Positions 60,761 to 63,820 of a stretch of DNA of 63,820 nt are shown here, one piece after another. Both the position numbers and the translations under genes were made by a program. The notes under the pieces are model-generated. The model did no database searches and had not been told where the DNA came from. It saw only the letters and a list, made by a program, of their open reading frames with translations. Source of the DNA: Gracilinanus agilis (lineage: Eukaryota); NCBI RefSeq assembly GCF_016433145.1, contig NC_058131.1, positions 634,523,308 through 634,587,127 on the forward strand. Direction: 5' to 3'. Each line of letters opens with the position of its first letter. Within the stretch, counting starts at the first letter, position 1.

Positions 60761-61839
60761 GTATTATCATCATCATCATTATATTATTATTATTGTTGTA
60801 ATATATTATTACTATTTATTATTATTACTGGGGAGAAGGAAATAATCATTTTTTGTATATTGCAAATCTCGAAATAAATGAGAGAAGAATCTTTTAGTTA
60901 CTAAGAGGGAGAATTGTCCTTTTGCTTGATTCAAAGCTCCCTACAAAATCAGGTTCCTGACAAGATAGTCTTTTTTTCTGTTGAAAGGAAATATGTTTCA
61001 TAAGTTGCATGTTCATTGCAAATGAGTATCAAGTGAATGGCAATTCTGCGATAACAGGAAATAGAAGGATGAGTAGATACCTTGAGATCTATGGGACAGG
61101 GAAGGAGAATGTAGAAACAGATTTTTTTTAAAAAGGACTTGGGGAAATAATCATGAAGGCACCACCGAAGGCAGAAGAGAAAGATTTGAGTCTGTCCAGG
61201 GGAGTTAAAATGAAATTTGGAATAGAGGACTCAAATTGTAAAGAGGTGTAAGCTACCTGTCTAAGGTCCCCCCAGAAAGGGTAATGGATTTGTTTAGAGT
61301 CAGAAGGCTTAGTTCATCATCATTATCATCAAGAACAACGACCAGAAGTATTTATTATGCCCCTACTATGTGCCAAGCAGTACATTAAATACAGGGTCTA
61401 CAAAGAGAAGCAAAAACATGGTTCTTGAGCTCAAGGAGCTCACATCCTGGTCCTAGATCTGTTTCACTAATCATGCCACAACCTCTGATAGCCTCGGTTT
61501 TTTCAGAATGCAGACTCTCTTTGAATAGAAGACTTGCTCTAGCACCTAGACTTTTAAAGGTGAGGCCAGGGACCTCAGATTTAACCCAGTCAAACTTCTT
61601 CATATTCAAGTCTTCTACATCCAAGGCTTTTTCTTTTTTGACTCTAGCACCTTCCTTTGAAAAGAACGCATGCAGTCCTTGTTTCAGCAGCTCTCTTCTA
61701 ATACCTATGACTTTGGAGACATCTTGGGGACTTCTTATTTCTCTATCTTTTTTTTGCCATCACTCAGTTGACTTCAGTATCAAAGGGTGCTATCAATTTG
61801 CTAAACAAATCATGGCATATGAACATAATGAGATGCTCT

Positions 61840-62209
61840 TATATGTAAAAATTGATGGAAGGTACAGTTTCTGAAAGACTGGGAAGACATATGAATAAAT
61901 TCAAAGGGATATGAGCAGAACTGGGAGAACAATTTCTGTAATAGCAACAACATTATAAAGGCAAACAATTGTGAAAGACTTAAGAACTCCAACCAGGGCA
62001 ATGACTAAACATGATTACGAAAGATGCAATCTACCTCCTGAGAGAAAGGAGAAGAACTCAAGGTGTAGAAGTAGGCATACGTTTTTGGATATAGTCAATG
62101 TAGAATTTGTTTTGCTTGGCTATCCATATTTGTTTCTTGTGTTCCCCTGTACCCAGGGAAAAAAAAGTAGGAGAGAGATTCTTATTAATTTTTTAAAAGT
62201 AAATGAAAG

Positions 62210-62210
<1 letters not shown>
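61840..62210 (+). mobile_element. L1 3'UTR fragment
   Basis: gactgggaagacatatgaataaattcaaagggatatgagcagaactgggagaacaattt. Confidence 0.75.

Positions 62211-62213
<3 letters not shown>

Positions 62214-62246
<33 letters not shown>
62214..62246. repeat. (TA)n microsatellite
   Basis: Uninterrupted ta run at the L1 tail. Confidence 0.93.
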
Positions 62247-62249
<3 letters not shown>

Positions 62250-63820
62250 AAAACTTAAATAATTGGTATTTTCCATAGGCAGTTATTAGGCTCCCTTATT
62301 AGGGCACAAACACCCAAGGCTCAAAAGAGGAACAGTTTTTTTTTTTGTAAAGTTAATGGAAAGAGTTAGGACTTACATTCCAGGCCAGACAAATAATGGT
62401 AGTCATATTCCCTTTCCCAATGAAAAACTGCCCCCAAATCAAACAATCAACAATTATTTATTAAGCTTCTACTTGTGCCAGCTACTAGGTTAGACCCTGG
62501 AGACTTGTACCATCTCTGAAACTGATTTCTGCCCTAGGCCAGTAAGACAACAGCCAAGAGCAGTCTGGGTTTGTCATTCTGAATTATCACTCCTCTCCAT
62601 GGCTTTGTGTTCTCCAGTTTGGCAGACAGCAAATGGAGGATTTCCACATTGCTTATTTCTACTCTTGCTCGTTCCAGTTGCTTGATTCCAGTAGCAGCTT
62701 TCAGAAGACATTGCTAGTCACTGATTCCAACTATTAACTTCAGTAACTGCTTGCCCCAGCTATATTGTTACTTGCTTCAACTTTCAGCTCTTTTTGCTTG
62801 CCTTCCATAACTGGCGATTCTACGTTCTTCTGAAAGATACTTGTTACCCTCTGCTTTCATTTCTTCAGCTCTGAGGTACTCTGAAGTTCCACTCTCCATC
62901 AACAGATGGCACTCACCACCTTTTTTAGGGGATCAGCTATCTCAAAATAGATTTTTTAAAAAATTACTTAACAACTATACCTCCCTTTTACTTAAACTTT
63001 GTTTTCTACACTATAAGCAGGGTCCCACATTTGACACAATAAGTTGAGGGCGGGATGGGGTAAGCTAGCCTCCTTCTTTCCTCATATTTCTACTGGTACA
63101 TCTTCTGTCCATAACAACACTTCACATTGAGTCTTGGGATTTGGGAAAGCACAGCCATTATCTCTCTGATTGCCCCTTTATACTTGTTTTCTCCCTAAGA
63201 CATCTAAGTTGGGGGTGGGGCCACTTTTTAAGATATATAAAAAATGTAGATTAATGCAAAGATGCAGAGAACAGGGAAATATCTGTCATCTCGTATATTA
63301 GACCTTCTTCAATGGAAAACACATTTTTACATGCAATATTGTCATAAATGGGCTTGAAGCCTAGATATGAAGATTTCATTTTCCCCAGAAGGTTGGATTA
63401 AGGTAACTTCTGCTTTTTGACTCGCTTTGGGCTTGTTTTTATTCTTAATATATTTGAAACAAGCAATAGGGAGTTAAAGCAAACAATAGCTAAGTTTTGA
63501 CCACAATATCAAATGATGTTTGTTCTCTGATTATACAGAGCTTCTGACATTACCTTGCAAGATATGCTATTTTGCCGCCAAGATTGCATTCCTATTGCAT
63601 GAAATCAATCCAGATTAATTTAGTAAAACAAACATGAAAAGAAACCATACCTGGGAAAGAGTTTGATTCATAATAGCCCCAAATAACATGAAGATATTTG
63701 GGAAAGGCCCAACAACTCTTGCTAAATTTTCTGGGAACATGATTTTTCACAGGCAGCAGTTGGAGTATAGAGGCAAAAACCACTGAATTTGGTTTTGGGT
63801 GACTATGGTTCAAATCCCTA

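Noticed and set aside
61425-61874. 149-aa ORF, and similar ORFs at 39443-39859, 40282-40683, 33389-33814 and 36275-36649
   Set aside because: They overlap L2, SINE or L1 remnants, have no recognisable domain and cross repeat boundaries
62841-62905. TPR-like phrase LRAEEMKAEGNKYL on the minus strand
   Set aside because: The following residues do not fit a TPR second helix and the frame closes after about 40 codons; kept only as part of the unidentified relic finding
1-63820. CRISPR arrays, tRNA/rRNA/snRNA genes, NUMTs or prokaryotic systems
   Set aside because: No regularly spaced repeat-spacer array, cloverleaf, snRNA or mitochondrial sequence seen; the tRNA-like A/B boxes belong to SINE heads, and the DNA is clearly mammalian

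Overview
AT-rich, CpG-depleted marsupial genomic DNA. The SINE1_Mdo/Opo-1-like and Mar1-like CORE-SINEs point to a didelphid opossum, most likely Monodelphis domestica (inference). I found no intact protein-coding exon, RNA gene or CRISPR array; the window looks intergenic or deep-intronic and is dominated by interspersed repeats (L1, L2, L3/CR1, RTE, MIR/Mar1, opossum SINEs, a probable solo LTR, hAT MITEs). The only recognisable host gene is a dead, near full-length EIF3C processed pseudogene (minus strand, about 10969-13587) inserted at a TTTT/AA site inside the RT region of a long L3/CR1 fossil. The most interesting signal is at 49-58 kb: three roughly 90% identical ~195-bp hAT MITEs each carry a CTCF-like core (CCACCAGGGGGCGG, intact in two copies) and are interleaved with CpG-retaining, motif-dense enhancer-like blocks. 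Also notable are an unexplained ~210-bp foldback element at 28.3-28.5 kb and a Mar1 SINE with an in-place internal inversion. Repeat boundaries are by eye (tens of bp uncertainty unless a TSD is quoted); family names are unverified recollections, not database hits.
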